From Selaginella moellendorffii (Eukaryota; Plantae; Lycopodiophyta): a stretch of DNA of 64,000 bases. The stretch lies in assembly GCF_000143415.4 (NCBI RefSeq), contig NW_003314290.1, positions 1,788,454 to 1,852,453 on the forward strand, given 5' to 3'. The notes under the pieces were generated by a model. It had not been told where the DNA came from. It saw only the letters and a list, made by a program, of their open reading frames with translations, and did not search any database. Position 1 is the first letter of the stretch. Each line of letters opens with the position of its first letter. Positions 24,291 through 35,383 of this stretch are shown piece after piece. The position numbers and the translations under genes were made by a program.

Positions 24291-24840
24291 CGGCAGGAGA
24301 TGCCGTTGCTTAGCCTGCCTCTGATCAAGTACATCAGGGCCAAGCCCAGCATACACTGTGAGATCCGAGGGCGTGGCCCGGGATCACGAAAGTTTCGGCA
24401 AGAGCTCGTTTTTTGGGTGGAGCTGGACCTGTTTGGTGGTGTTGGGTCGCTGGAGATGCAGGCGTGGCTGGTGTTTGATGCGCGGGTGCTGGCGCATGAG
24501 TGGGAGGAGTTGTTCAGTTTCAGGTGCTGCGAGCATGAGCCACTGGTGGACAAGAACCTGAGCCTCCTCTTGTAGCTGTCGACGCAAAGGCAAACGTTGG
24601 TGTACGTGAGGTCGTCGCTCCAAATACCTTCGTAGCACAAGTCATCACTCAGGTACAAGGGCCTCTCGCAGATGACGGCCTTGGCAACGGTGTATTCACT
24701 CACACTAGCCTACTTGCATGCATTGCGCCACACCCGCTGGATCCTGTGCTCTAACCTGCACAGAGCAAACTCCACAACGCCATAGAAGCCCGCATACTGC
24801 CACTGCCTGTAACCACCCAAAATCGCAGATTCTCCAGAGC
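23998..24840 (-). pseudogene. Orphan family X, scrambled copy (unit C) with an internal re-inversion
   Basis: 3' part at 23998-24250 (-), middle at 24251-24562 (+), 5' part at 24563-24840 (-). Confidence 0.85.
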
Positions 24841-25052
24841 TTTTTAAGTATGTAGTTATTAATTAAATTAAGTATTTAAGTAGACAAGCTAAAACATGCT
24901 TAGAGAGCTTTTAATTAGTTTTTTTTTAATTATGTGTATATTAGAAACGAAAAAGAAAGCTTTAGAATTTCCGCAAACCGACAAGTCGGGCATTTCAATG
25001 ATTTAAATGTGTCGTTGTGAGACCGGAAGGCCCACCCACCTAGCACCGAAAA

Positions 25053-26018
25053 ATGGGCGACGAGGAGCGCAGAGCTCTGGCAATCAAATTGGAGGCTTTG
25101 TGTTTGCAGAGGATGGCTCTCCACCAACAGGCCCTGCGTGGTTCTTTGCGGAGGTTCCCGCCAATCCCGCGTCCATTGACGGCGTGGCGAGCCGCGACGT
25201 GATTCTCGACAAGGATCGGGGACTTTGGGTGAGAGTTTTCCGTCTGGAAGAGCTGGAGAACCGCACGCTGCCCATCGTCATCTTCTACCACGGGGGAGGA
25301 TTCGTCTACATGAGCGCCGCGAATGCGATCTTTCACAGATTTTGCGAGGCCCTGTCCAGGAAGCTGGGAGCGATCGTGGTGTCTGTGAATTACCGCCTAG
25401 CTCCGGAGCACAGGCTCCCGGCGGCCTACGACGATGGCTACGACGCCCTCAACTGGGTCCGAGAGATCGCCAAGAGCAGCAGCGATCAAGACGCTTTCGC
25501 TCACGCGGATTTCTCCAAGATCTTCGTTATGGGCGACAGCGCCGGGGGAAATCTCGCAGCCCGCGTGGCATTGCGCGCTGCCCAGGATGGAATCCCGCTC
25601 GCCGGCCAGATCCTCCTCCAGCCCTTCTATGGAGGCACGTCCAGGACCGAGTCGGAGCTCAGGCTGGGTCCTCCGACCCGATGATCACGCTACGCATCAC
25701 CGATTTTTGCTGGCTGGCGGCGCTCCCCGAGGGAGCGGTCGACCGCGATCATCCATCTTGCAACATGACGCTGGAATTACCTGGAGATCTCGCGAGATTG
25801 GGGGCCAGGGGACTGGCGAGAGCGCTAGTGGTGGTGGGCGGCAAGGATGTCCTCCACGATCACCAGGTAGAGTTTGCAAAGATCTTAGAAGACGCTGGCA
25901 ATGCCGTGAAGCTCATCGAGTATGAAAACGCTTCCCATGGATTCTACCTCGTGGGGACGATAGCTGCCAGGAATCCGTCCTTGTCTTGGACGAAGTCGCT
26001 AGCTTCTTGCGAGAGTGA
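25053..26018 (+). pseudogene. CXE pseudogene (inverted unit C)
   Basis: Reverse-complement homologue of 20626-21612 with frameshifts near 25072, 25665 and 25957. Confidence 0.87.
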
Positions 26019-26300
26019 CCCCTGGCTTGCCGCTATTGACCCGCGTTGAATAATGTTGACTATGTTTACTGACGGGTTGACTGGCGGTCAGAGCTGACGG
26101 GATTGGATGTACACAAGCTTTGGCAGCCATTCACGAAGATGGCATTTCTTCCTTTTGTCTTTGCGGTGTCACCAGGCAGCCTTCTCTCATTCCACTGCGC
26201 ATTCCCTTCCAACCAACAGTGCTTGATGGGTGTTGGATTGGATTCAAAAGAACAATAGTTGTAGTGTTAGATGTTCATCAAAGTTTATGAATCCAAACGA

Positions 26301-27050
26301 TTATATGTTCTTGAGTGTGCACAGCACGCCCAAGGGGAGACTGGGCTCAAAGAAGCTTCCACTCAAGATTTGCCTCGTGATGATCCGGTTTGCTGCTTCG
26401 GTGGATGGATTCTTACAAGTCGTTGACGCCACCGTCTTCCCCACCATCACTTTGCTCTGCCCGCATTGCACCTCAAAGTTGTAGTTGTAGTTCCCTCCAA
26501 TCCCGGTGGCAAACTGGAATCCTGTAAAGTCAACTATGGTCAGAAACACGTTGACAGCCTATGTTCTTGCTTGAGGGTGAGCGAGTATTTTATGTCGTAA
26601 GTGTTGATGTAGATTATAGTGCTGCCTGGGAGCTGGCTATGGAGGTTGCTTTCAAAGCCTGCTTGAACAATTAAGACTAGCGAAACAGAATGACATTTTA
26701 TCTCATTTCATTGTAGTGCTGCATGACTTGATAGCGCACCCGGCTTGATCGTAGCCCACTTGGAGTTTGTGAGGGAGTATGGGATGCAGCCCTGGGGCCC
26801 AACGTACGAGAGCAGGAATGCTCGTCCTCCCTCGCCATTGAATCTGTGTAGATTCAATGCAAACACACAGAAGAATAAAGAATCACTTCCCGGAAAATGT
26901 ATGCCTTTAGCTGTTCATAGCTGAAGTCGTTCCCCCTGCGTTGAGAGAGTTCCCTGGGACATCACGATTGATCGAGCGAGAGCAAAAATCACTACAATAT
27001 AGCTATCAATCTTGGAGAACGGCATGGAATGGATTCGTGGCGAAACTAAT
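26301..27050 (-). pseudogene. GDSL 3' remnant (unit C)
   Basis: GNYNYNFEVQCGQSKVM...RQILSGSFFEPS on the minus strand. Confidence 0.87.
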
Positions 27051-27059
27051 TTGAGAGAG

Positions 27060-28280
27060 AGGTGGTCGTGGACGGGTGACGTGTCACCGCCGGTCGCGGA
27101 CTCGAATCCGGCCCACTCCCGAAAATTCCAAACGCGTCGCGGTTTGAATCGCCTTCCTTGTAACCATCATTTTCTTGAGGCTCTTCAAAGTTCAAATTCC
27201 TCGTGCCGTTCCGCATCAACGAAGAGCAGCGCCATCGCAAGCAGCAGCAGCTACCGATGATCCAATACCGATGATCCAATTCCAGCCGGCGCCTTCCCGT
27301 TCCAAGACGAATCCACAAAAGGATCCACGCCCCAACGAAAACGGGTTTCTAGATTTTCTACTTCCCAGTGCGCTTTATTGCTTGGCGTCATTGAAATGTT
27401 TTTTTAGCGCTTCTCGCAAGAGCCCTAAAATCTCAGCTATGGTGGCACAGTTTTTGCAGGGACGAAGAAGAAGGATACCGGAGCTTTGAGAGTTTTCTTT
27501 GCGGGAGAAAGCCGCTCACGACAACCCTGCATCAAAGCCACCACAGCTCCCTCCTTATAGACTTGGAGCCTCTGACATCCGCCTACAAGGAGATTCACGG
27601 TCCAGGAGAAGGAGGAGCACAACCAGCGGTCGCTGGCCAGAGAGAAGCTGCGAGAAGAAACCTGGGGAGGCAAGTGAGCACTCACAATGAAGTAGTCAAT
27701 TGAAGAAACTTTCGTGGCCAATGAAGAGTCTTCTGGAAAGTCTCTAGGCCTTCTTGACTTCTGGCAAGCCTTGGATCTCTGGGATGGTGGACATGTTGAT
27801 ACTGCAAAGACTAGTAGAACGTTTGCTGGTGATGCAATCGTCACCCCGTGGTTGAGTTTGGTTTGAAAAACCCCTCTTTGTTAGTGAGAAACCCATTGTT
27901 GCCTTTGCTAAAACGCTTACTTTGCCTGCCAAGTTGACACACTTGAGGCATTTGCTTGTCGAGAAGATCTGCAAGTTTTCTGGGCTCACACTATGCAAGA
28001 GCATTCCATGTTGCCGGATCTCTCATCCCAGCACCACCGTCAAGATCTCTCTTGCTCCGCCCTCCAAAGTGTGCTTCTCAAGTTGACAAGTTGCGGGCTC
28101 TTAGCAATGCAAAGGCTAGACGGGCGCTTAGCATGCTTCCACACTGCACTACTCAAGTTTGGATGAGCTTTGTCTCTCTCAGCAAGGCCAACTCCCATCT
28201 TATTTGATGCAATAGGGGGCAGGAGCTTTCTTGGGTGACCGAAGAAGCTTTGCTGGATGAGGAAGCCCCCTGTGCTGTAG
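27060..28280 (+). other. Gene-fragment mosaic plus segment M (unit C)
   Basis: In order: 27068-27160 = 5050-5222; 27165-27185 = 6191-6235; 27230-27325 = 6322-6575; 27342-27366 = 7334-7358; 27377-27444 = 42150-42216; then abridged R3HCC1L, protease and PPR pieces. Confidence 0.85.
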
Positions 28281-28284
28281 ACAT

Positions 28285-29996
28285 TAATTATGCATAGCCA
28301 TACTAAGTATGCATGGGAGCTTTTTTTGGCAATGAAAATAAAAGATCAAACAACATGGAACACAATCATAACTGCATTTGCTCAAGAAGGGCATTTTTGC
28401 GAAACTGCAAAAGTTCAAGACAAAATGCCTAATCTGAGGGGGGCATTTGCTCCATATCAATTCTGGACCAATTGTAAACTTGGGACATGTGCTCTGTGCT
28501 TTTACAGCATTTTAGAGTGGGGAACTAAACACATATTTGAAGTTGTACAGCAAAATCTTGTTACAATGTATTGAGTTTCTCATCCAAATGTGGTGGCCCT
28601 TGCTTCCCAAGACCCCAACTCGTCACTTGAAGAATACTTTGTGAAAACCAGAATGCAAGATGTTAAAGGAGTTCACGAGATTCTCATCAATGGAAATTCT
28701 CCAACAAACCAAAAGGAAGCCGCAAAGGTTTGGAGTTTCTCTATGGCCATTGGTCCACTGCAATTTGTGGGAAGAACCTACGATTTAAACTAATCACGTT
28801 GAAAAGATTACAATTCTATAGACTCTTTTTTGCTCATTGTGTGGAAGCCTTGGAAGGCCGTGGAAACACAAGTTCTTTTTTTTATAAGATCAAACCAAAG
28901 CATGCTAGGGTGGGAAAGGATGTACTTAAAAAGATTGAGCACTGGGAATCCCATGGTAAACTTCCAGACGAAGTTCGGGGATTGGCAAAACCCTATTGCA
29001 AGATCTGTCTAATGATGGGCAAGCTCTTGCTGTAAGCCTGCTTGCTTGACCTTGTGTTTGACAACATCCTGAAATAGCCCAGGCTCCAAGCATCGAGTTC
29101 TAGTAAACCAGGATCTTGGTTTCGAAGCTTTACGCTCGGGCACAGGGACAGTGCTTGGTCGACGTTGACGCAGGAGACAATGTTCTTCTCTGGGATGCTG
29201 TCAAACACAAGGTCAATGATCATCATGTTCCAAGCAAGCAAGCTCATAGCAAGAGCTTGCCCACCACTAAACAAATCTTGCAATAGGCCTCTGCCAATCC
29301 TTGAATTTCGTCTGGAAGTTTACTATAGGATTCCTAATGCTCAATCTCTTTAAATGCATCTTTTCCCACCCTAGCATGCTTTGGTTAATTGTTATAAAAA
29401 AAAGAACTTGTGTTTCCACGGCCTTCCAAGGCTTCCACACAATGAGCAAACAAGAGTCTCTACAATCATAGTCTTCTCAATATCATTAGTTTGAATTGTA
29501 GGTTCTCCCCACAAATTGCAATGGACCAATAGCTATAGAGAAACTCTAAAGCCTTTGCGGCTTTCTCTTGGTTTGCTGGAGAATTTCCATTGATGAGAAT
29601 CTCGTGAACTCCTTTAACATCTTGCATTCTGGTTTTCGCAAAGTATTCTTCAAGTGACCATTTGGGGTGTCGGGAAGCAAAAGCCACCACATTTGGATGA
29701 GAAACTCAATACATTGTAACAAAATCTTGCTGTATGGTTTCAAATATGCACTTAGTTCCCCACTTTAGAATGTTGTAGAAGCATAGAGCACATGTCCCAA
29801 GTTTACAATTGATCTAGAATTGATATAGAGTAAATGCCCCCCTCAGCTTAGGCATTTTGTCTTGAACTTGTGCAACTTTGTAAAAATGCCCTTCCTGGGA
29901 AATGCAGTCATGATTGTGTTCCATGTTGTTTGATCTTTTTTTTTTTTTGCCAAAAAAAGTTTCCATACATACTTAGTATAGCTATGCATAATTAGT
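28285..29996. repeat. Inverted repeat at the C/D junction: ~800-bp arms (28285-29069 and 29191-29996) around a PPR-derived spacer
   Basis: The arms encode matching peptides on opposite strands (DQTTWNTI, KTRMQDVKGVHEILINGNSP, LIVWKPWKAVETQVLFFI). Confidence 0.92.
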
Positions 29997-30129
29997 GTTT
30001 GCAGCACAAAATTCCAAACCCGAATGGGTTTGAAACCGATCATTCTCATGTTTTTCATCACATTTTGCAGATTCCCATTTTGGACATCTGCAAATACATA
30101 AATAATCCATGTCACAAAATTTTGGTCAC

Positions 30130-32170
30130 TCCACCATGTTTGTTGCTACTGCTGCAGTGATGAGAGAGGAAGAGGAGGAAGAAACTTGTTGCTCTAATCT
30201 CGTCTGCAACACCGACATGGATGAGACAGTGGGCTAGATTTGAGCGGCATAGGGGGGCTTCCTTGTCCAACAAAGCATCTCTAGTCACACAAGAAAGCTC
30301 CTGCCCCCTGCTACATCAGATAGAATGGGAGTTGGCTTTGTTAAGAGAAACAAAGCTCATCCAAGCTTGAGTAGTGCAATGTGGAAGCATACTTAACACC
30401 CATCTGGCCTTTGCATTGTTGAGAGCTTGTGACTTGCTAACTTGAGAAGCACACTCTGGAGGGCGGAGCAAAAGAGATCTTGATGCTAGTGCTGGGTTGA
30501 GAAATCCAGCAACATGGAACACTCTTCCATGGCGTGAGCCTAGAAAAGTTGCAGATTTTCTTGACGAGCAAATGCCTTGAGTGCGTAGATTTGGCAAAGT
30601 AGGGGTTTTAGCAAAGGCGACAATGGGTTTCTCAGTGACAAAGAGGGGTTTTTTCGTGGTAACAAACCAACCTCAACCACGCGGTGACAATCGCATCACC
30701 AGCAAACGTTCTACTGGTCTTTGCAGTATCAACATGTCCTCCGTCCCAGAGATCCAAGGCTTGCCAGAAGTCAAGAAGTAGAGACTTTCCAGAAGACGCT
30801 TCATCGGCCACGAAAGTTTCTTCAATCGACTACTTCATAGTGAGTGCTCACTCGCCTCCACAGGTTTCTTCTCGCAGCTTCTCTCTGGCCAGCAACCGCT
30901 GCTTGCGCTCCTCCTTCTCTTGGACCGTGAATCTCACCTTGTTCTGTGCTCTGTCACGACGATCATATGCGTTGAGCAGCTTGGGCGGATGTCGGAGGCT
31001 CCAAGTCTGTACGAAGAGTGGCCGATCAGAAAAAGGGCTTGAAACCAGAGAAAGAAAACTGGATACCTCTCTGCCGTGAACTTCGCTTGAATCAAGATGG
31101 GCGATGGATGGTTGCGAGTGCCCCTCGCGCTGCGCAAAAAATGATTAGCGATCAGTGAAGATGTTTGCTTTGTCTAGCCAAACCGATCGTTGGATTGCCA
31201 TAAACAGCCAAGGCAGTGGTACTATCATTTACCCAGCGAATCACCACGTCACGGCTCGCGCGGATTCAATCAAAAGAATGCTAAGAACTTCCACATTTGA
31301 TCATCCAAAGAGAGACGAACTTACCGGACTTTCCATCGATGTCGTCAGAAGACGTAGTGAGCTCCTCGTGAGTTTCATCATCCATTGCGGTCGTATGGTC
31401 GCTGTGGAATCCATCTCTTTCTCTTCCGTAAGTAAATGCCACGCTGCTTCGGAGCTACGTCCTCGGCCTCCTCCTTTGCGGTTTCTCTGGAGTTGGAGCA
31501 ACGCTTGGGAGTTGGATTGCACAAAGAAAGTTGGGAGATTCGAGGAGGGAGCTGTGGTGGCTTTGATGAACTCCCAGGGATGTCGTGAGCGGCTTTCTCC
31601 CGCAAAGAAAACTTTCAAAGCTCTGCTATCCTTCCTCTTCGTCGCCTTCCTTTTCTACGCTTGGAGCATTGCAAAGAAATTCCTGAGAACACTCATGCGA
31701 CGTACGCGTTTAATCTGTGCCGGATGACAATGGCGGAGCTGCGCAGCCAACCGGCCTTAGCCCTGCCGCTCGTACAGCGGCCCGATTCGCGACCCGATTC
31801 GATTCGCTCTGCATCTCGTCCACACTGTGCCCTTCAGTTCTTCACCATATTATAGCTGAGACTTTAGGGTTCTTGAGAAAAGCGCCAAAAAAACATTTCA
31901 ATGACGCCAAGCAATGGCAGCTCGATTCGATGCCTCCAAAGGGGAAGTAGAAAATCTAGAAACCCGTTCTCGTTGGGGCGTGGATCCTTTTGTGGATTCG
32001 TCTTGGAACGGGAATTGGATCATCGGCTGCTTGCGATGGGGATTGGTGGAATTTGAAGAGCCCTAAACCTCAATAAAATGATGGTTACACGGAAGGCGAC
32101 GCGTTTGGAATTTTCGGGAGTGGGCCGGATTCGAGCCCGCGACCGGCGGTGCGTCCACGGCCACATCTCT
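30130..32170 (-). other. Segment M plus gene-fragment mosaic (unit D)
   Basis: Reverse complement of 27060-28280; 30840-32170 parallels 18271-19560 and keeps R3HCC1L intron sequence. Confidence 0.85.
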
Positions 32171-32764
32171 CTCAAACCAGTTTCGCCACATTCCATTCTC
32201 CAAGATAGCTATATTGCAGTGATTTTTGCTCTCACTCGATCGATCATGATGTCCCAGGGAACTCTCTCAACGCAGGGGGAACGACTTCTCCAAGTGAGCT
32301 ACGATCAAGCCGTCTAATTCAACCAAGTCACGCAGCACTACAATGAAATGAGATGAGATGTCATTCTGTTTTACTAGTCTTGACTGTTCAAGCAGGCTTT
32401 GAGCAAATTTGTAGCAAGCTCCCAGGCAGCACTATAATCTACATCAACACTTACGACATAAAATACTCCCTCACCCTCAAGCAAGAACATAGGCGGTCAA
32501 CGTGTTTCTGACCATAGTTGACTTTACAGGATTCCAGTTTGCCAACAAGGGAACTACAACTACAACTTTGAGGTGCAATGCGGGCAGAGCAAAGTGATGG
32601 CTGGGAAGATGGTGGCATCAACGACTTGTAAGAATCCTCTCAATTGGGATGGAGTTCACTACAACGAAGCAGCAAGCTGGATCATCACGAGGCAAATCTT
32701 GAGTGGGAGCTTCTTTGAGCCCAGTTTCCCCTTGGGCATGCTGTGCACACTCAAGAACATCTAA
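32170..32764 (+). pseudogene. GDSL 3' remnant (unit D)
   Basis: QCGQSKVMAGK...WDGVHYNEAAS...LCTLKNI; upstream exons largely deleted. Confidence 0.87.
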
Positions 32765-33029
32765 TAATCTGTTCATAAACTTTGATGAACATCGATCACT
32801 ACAAACATTGTTCTTTTGCATCCAATCCAGCACCCATCAAGCACTGCTGGTTGGAAGGGAATGTGGAATGAGAAAATGCTGCCTGATGACACCGCAAAGA
32901 CAAAAGGAAGAAATGCCATCCTGGTGAATGGCTGCCACAGCTTGTGTACCGTGAGCTCTGACCGCCAGTAACCCCTAAGTCAACAGAGTCCACTTTATTC
33001 AACGCGGGTTCACAGCGGTCAGCCAGGGG

Positions 33030-34016
33030 TCACTCTCGCAAGAAGCTAGCGATTTCGTCCAAGACAAGGACGGATTCCTGGCAGCTAGCGTCCCCCACGG
33101 CGTAGAATCCATGGGAAGCGTTTTCATACTCGATGAGCTTCACGGTATTGCCAGCGTCTTCTAAGATCTTTGCAAACTCTACCTGGCGATCGTGGAGGAG
33201 ATCCTTGCCGCCCACCACCACTAGCGCTCTCGCCAGTCCCCTGGCCCCCAATCTCGCGAGATCTCCCGGCAATTCCAACGTCGGGTTGCAAAATGGATGA
33301 TCGCGGTCGGCCGCGCCCTCGGGGAGCGTCGCCAGCCAGCAAAAATCGCTGCTGTCGAGCGTGATCATCGGATTGGAGGACCCGAGCCTGAGCTCCGACT
33401 CGGTCCTGGACGTGCCTCCATAGAAGGGCTGGAGGAGGATCTGGCCGGCGAGCGGGATTCCATCCTGGGCAGCGCGCAATGCCACGCGGGCTGCGAGATT
33501 TCCCCCGGCGCTGTCGCCCATGACGAAGATCTTGGAGAAATCCGCGTGAGCGAAAGCGTCTTGATCGCTGCTGCTCTTGGCGATCCCTCGGACCCATTTG
33601 AGGGCGTCGTAGCCATCGTCGTAGGCCGCCGGGAGCCTGTGCTCCGGAGCTAGGCGGTAATTCACAGACACCACGATCGCTCCCAGCTTCCTGGACAGGG
33701 CCTCGCAAAATCTGTGAAAGATCGCATTCGCGGCGCTCATGTAGATGAATCCTCCCCCGTGGTAGAAGATCACGATGGGCAGCGTGCTGCGATTCTCCAG
33801 CTCTTCCGGACGGAAAACTCTCACCCACAGTCCCCGATCCTTGTCGAGAATCACGTCGCGGCTCGCCACGCCGTCAATGAACGAGGGATTGGCTGGAACC
33901 TCCTCAAAGAACCCCGCAGGGCCTGTTGGTGGAGGAGTGCGCACGTAAGATCCATCCTCTGCAAACACAAAGCCTCCAATTTGCTTGCCGGAGCTCTTGC
34001 GCTCCTCGTCGCCCAT
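33030..34016 (-). CDS. Carboxylesterase (CXE), intact array copy (unit D)
   Basis: ATG at 34016; same motifs as 20626-21612, differing at only about a dozen residues. Confidence 0.92.
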   Translation of the reverse strand: MGDEERKSSGKQIGGFVFAEDGSYVRTPPPTGPAGFFEEVPANPSFIDGVASRDVILDKDRGLWVRVFRPEELENRSTLPIVIFYHGGGFIYMSAANAIFHRFCEALSRKLGAIVVSVNYRLAPEHRLPAAYDDGYDALKWVRGIAKSSSDQDAFAHADFSKIFVMGDSAGGNLAARVALRAAQDGIPLAGQILLQPFYGGTSRTESELRLGSSNPMITLDSSDFCWLATLPEGAADRDHPFCNPTLELPGDLARLGARGLARALVVVGGKDLLHDRQVEFAKILEDAGNTVKLIEYENASHGFYAVGDASCQESVLVLDEIASFLRE

Positions 34017-34352
34017 TCTTTCGGTGCTAGGTGGGTGGCCTTCCGGTCTCACAACCACACATTTAAATCGTTGAAATGGCCAAGAGCGTGACTTGTCGGT
34101 TTGCGGAAATTCTAAAGCTTTCCTTTTCGTTTCTAGGCTGGTACATAATTAAAAAAAAATCAAATTAAAAGCTCTCTAAGAATGTTTAAGCTTTTCTACT
34201 TAGGGCTCTGTAAGTTAATTAATACTACATAGATTAATCTTTTTAACTAAGGCTCTTTAATTTAAATAGCACTAAGGAAGAAAAAAAAAAGAGAAAAAAA
34301 GAAAAAGAGAACCCATACTTAATCAAAACGACTAATCTTTGTAACTAAACTC

Positions 34353-35214
34353 GGTGGCACAGCTCAGGAGACAGTTGGATGAGACTGATTTTGGGTCTAG
34401 TACTGGACAATCTAGGTCACAGGCACTATGCGGGCTTCTATAGTGTTGTGGACTTCACTCTGTGCAGGTTAGAACACAGGATCTAGCGGGTGTGGAGCAA
34501 TGTGGCCAATGTGAGTGAACCATTGTCCGCGAGAGGCCGTCGTACCTAAGTGACGACAACTTGTGCTACGAAGGTATTTGGGATGACGACCTCACTTGTG
34601 CTACAAAGGTATTTGGGATGACAACCTCACGTACACCAATGTTCGCCTTTGCGTCGACAGCTACAAGAGGAGGCCGACATCGATAGAGGCAGTCCAGGAA
34701 GAGCTCTAGCAGCAGCAGCAGCAGGAGATGCCGTTGCTTAGTCCGCCTCTGATCAAGTACATCAGGGCCAAGCCCAGCATACCCCGTCCCCGGGATCGTG
34801 AAAGTTTCGGCAAGAGCTGGTTTCTACCTGTTCGGTGGTGTTGGGTCGCTGGACATGCAGGTGCGGCTGGTGTTTGATGCGCGGATGCTGGCGCACGAGT
34901 GGCAGGCGCTGCTCGGTTTCGGGTGCCTCTCGTATGAATCACTGGTGGACAAGGATCCGAGCACACCGGATGTTGTTTTCGACGAACACTATGGCCCTTT
35001 TGTTCAGGAGAAGTACGACGAGCTTGTCAAGGACCTGGAAGCGGAAAAGATGATCGCGGCGTGTGGTGGCTTCAACAAGCTTTCCGCTTGGCTGGGGAAT
35101 GCGTGTGTGGATCTCTTCAACTTTCAGGTGGCGGACGTGGAGGAGCTCATCAAGCGGTATAGTGAGCTCAGATTCAAGGTGAATCCCAAGAGAAGACACC
35201 GCAACACCAAGTGA
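34353..35214 (+). pseudogene. Orphan family X copy (unit D), decayed
   Basis: Start codon lost, in-frame stops, 35-bp tandem duplication at ~34559-34628 and deletions. Confidence 0.83.
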
Positions 35215-35383
35215 ACACAACTTACCACTTTTCATTCATGAGTAGAGTATTACAGAGACTCTATTAAATTATAGTAGTTTAGAGCTTTTAATTTGATTAA
35301 ATAATGTTGAAAGTTTATTGCCACAAAAAAAAAGATCAGACAACAGATTTGGTCGACTGGGTACATGCAATTAGAGACTTTCC

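Noticed and set aside
18271-32170. Retrocopy or Helitron/Pack-MULE origin of the mosaics
   Set aside because: Intron bases are retained, there is no poly(A), and no termini or TSD were seen. Donors are local. Not fully excluded without a genome search.
20626-34016. Array as two haplotypes assembled in tandem
   Set aside because: Four units carry distinct deletions, insertions and inversions, more than two alleles can explain. Long-read confirmation is still needed.
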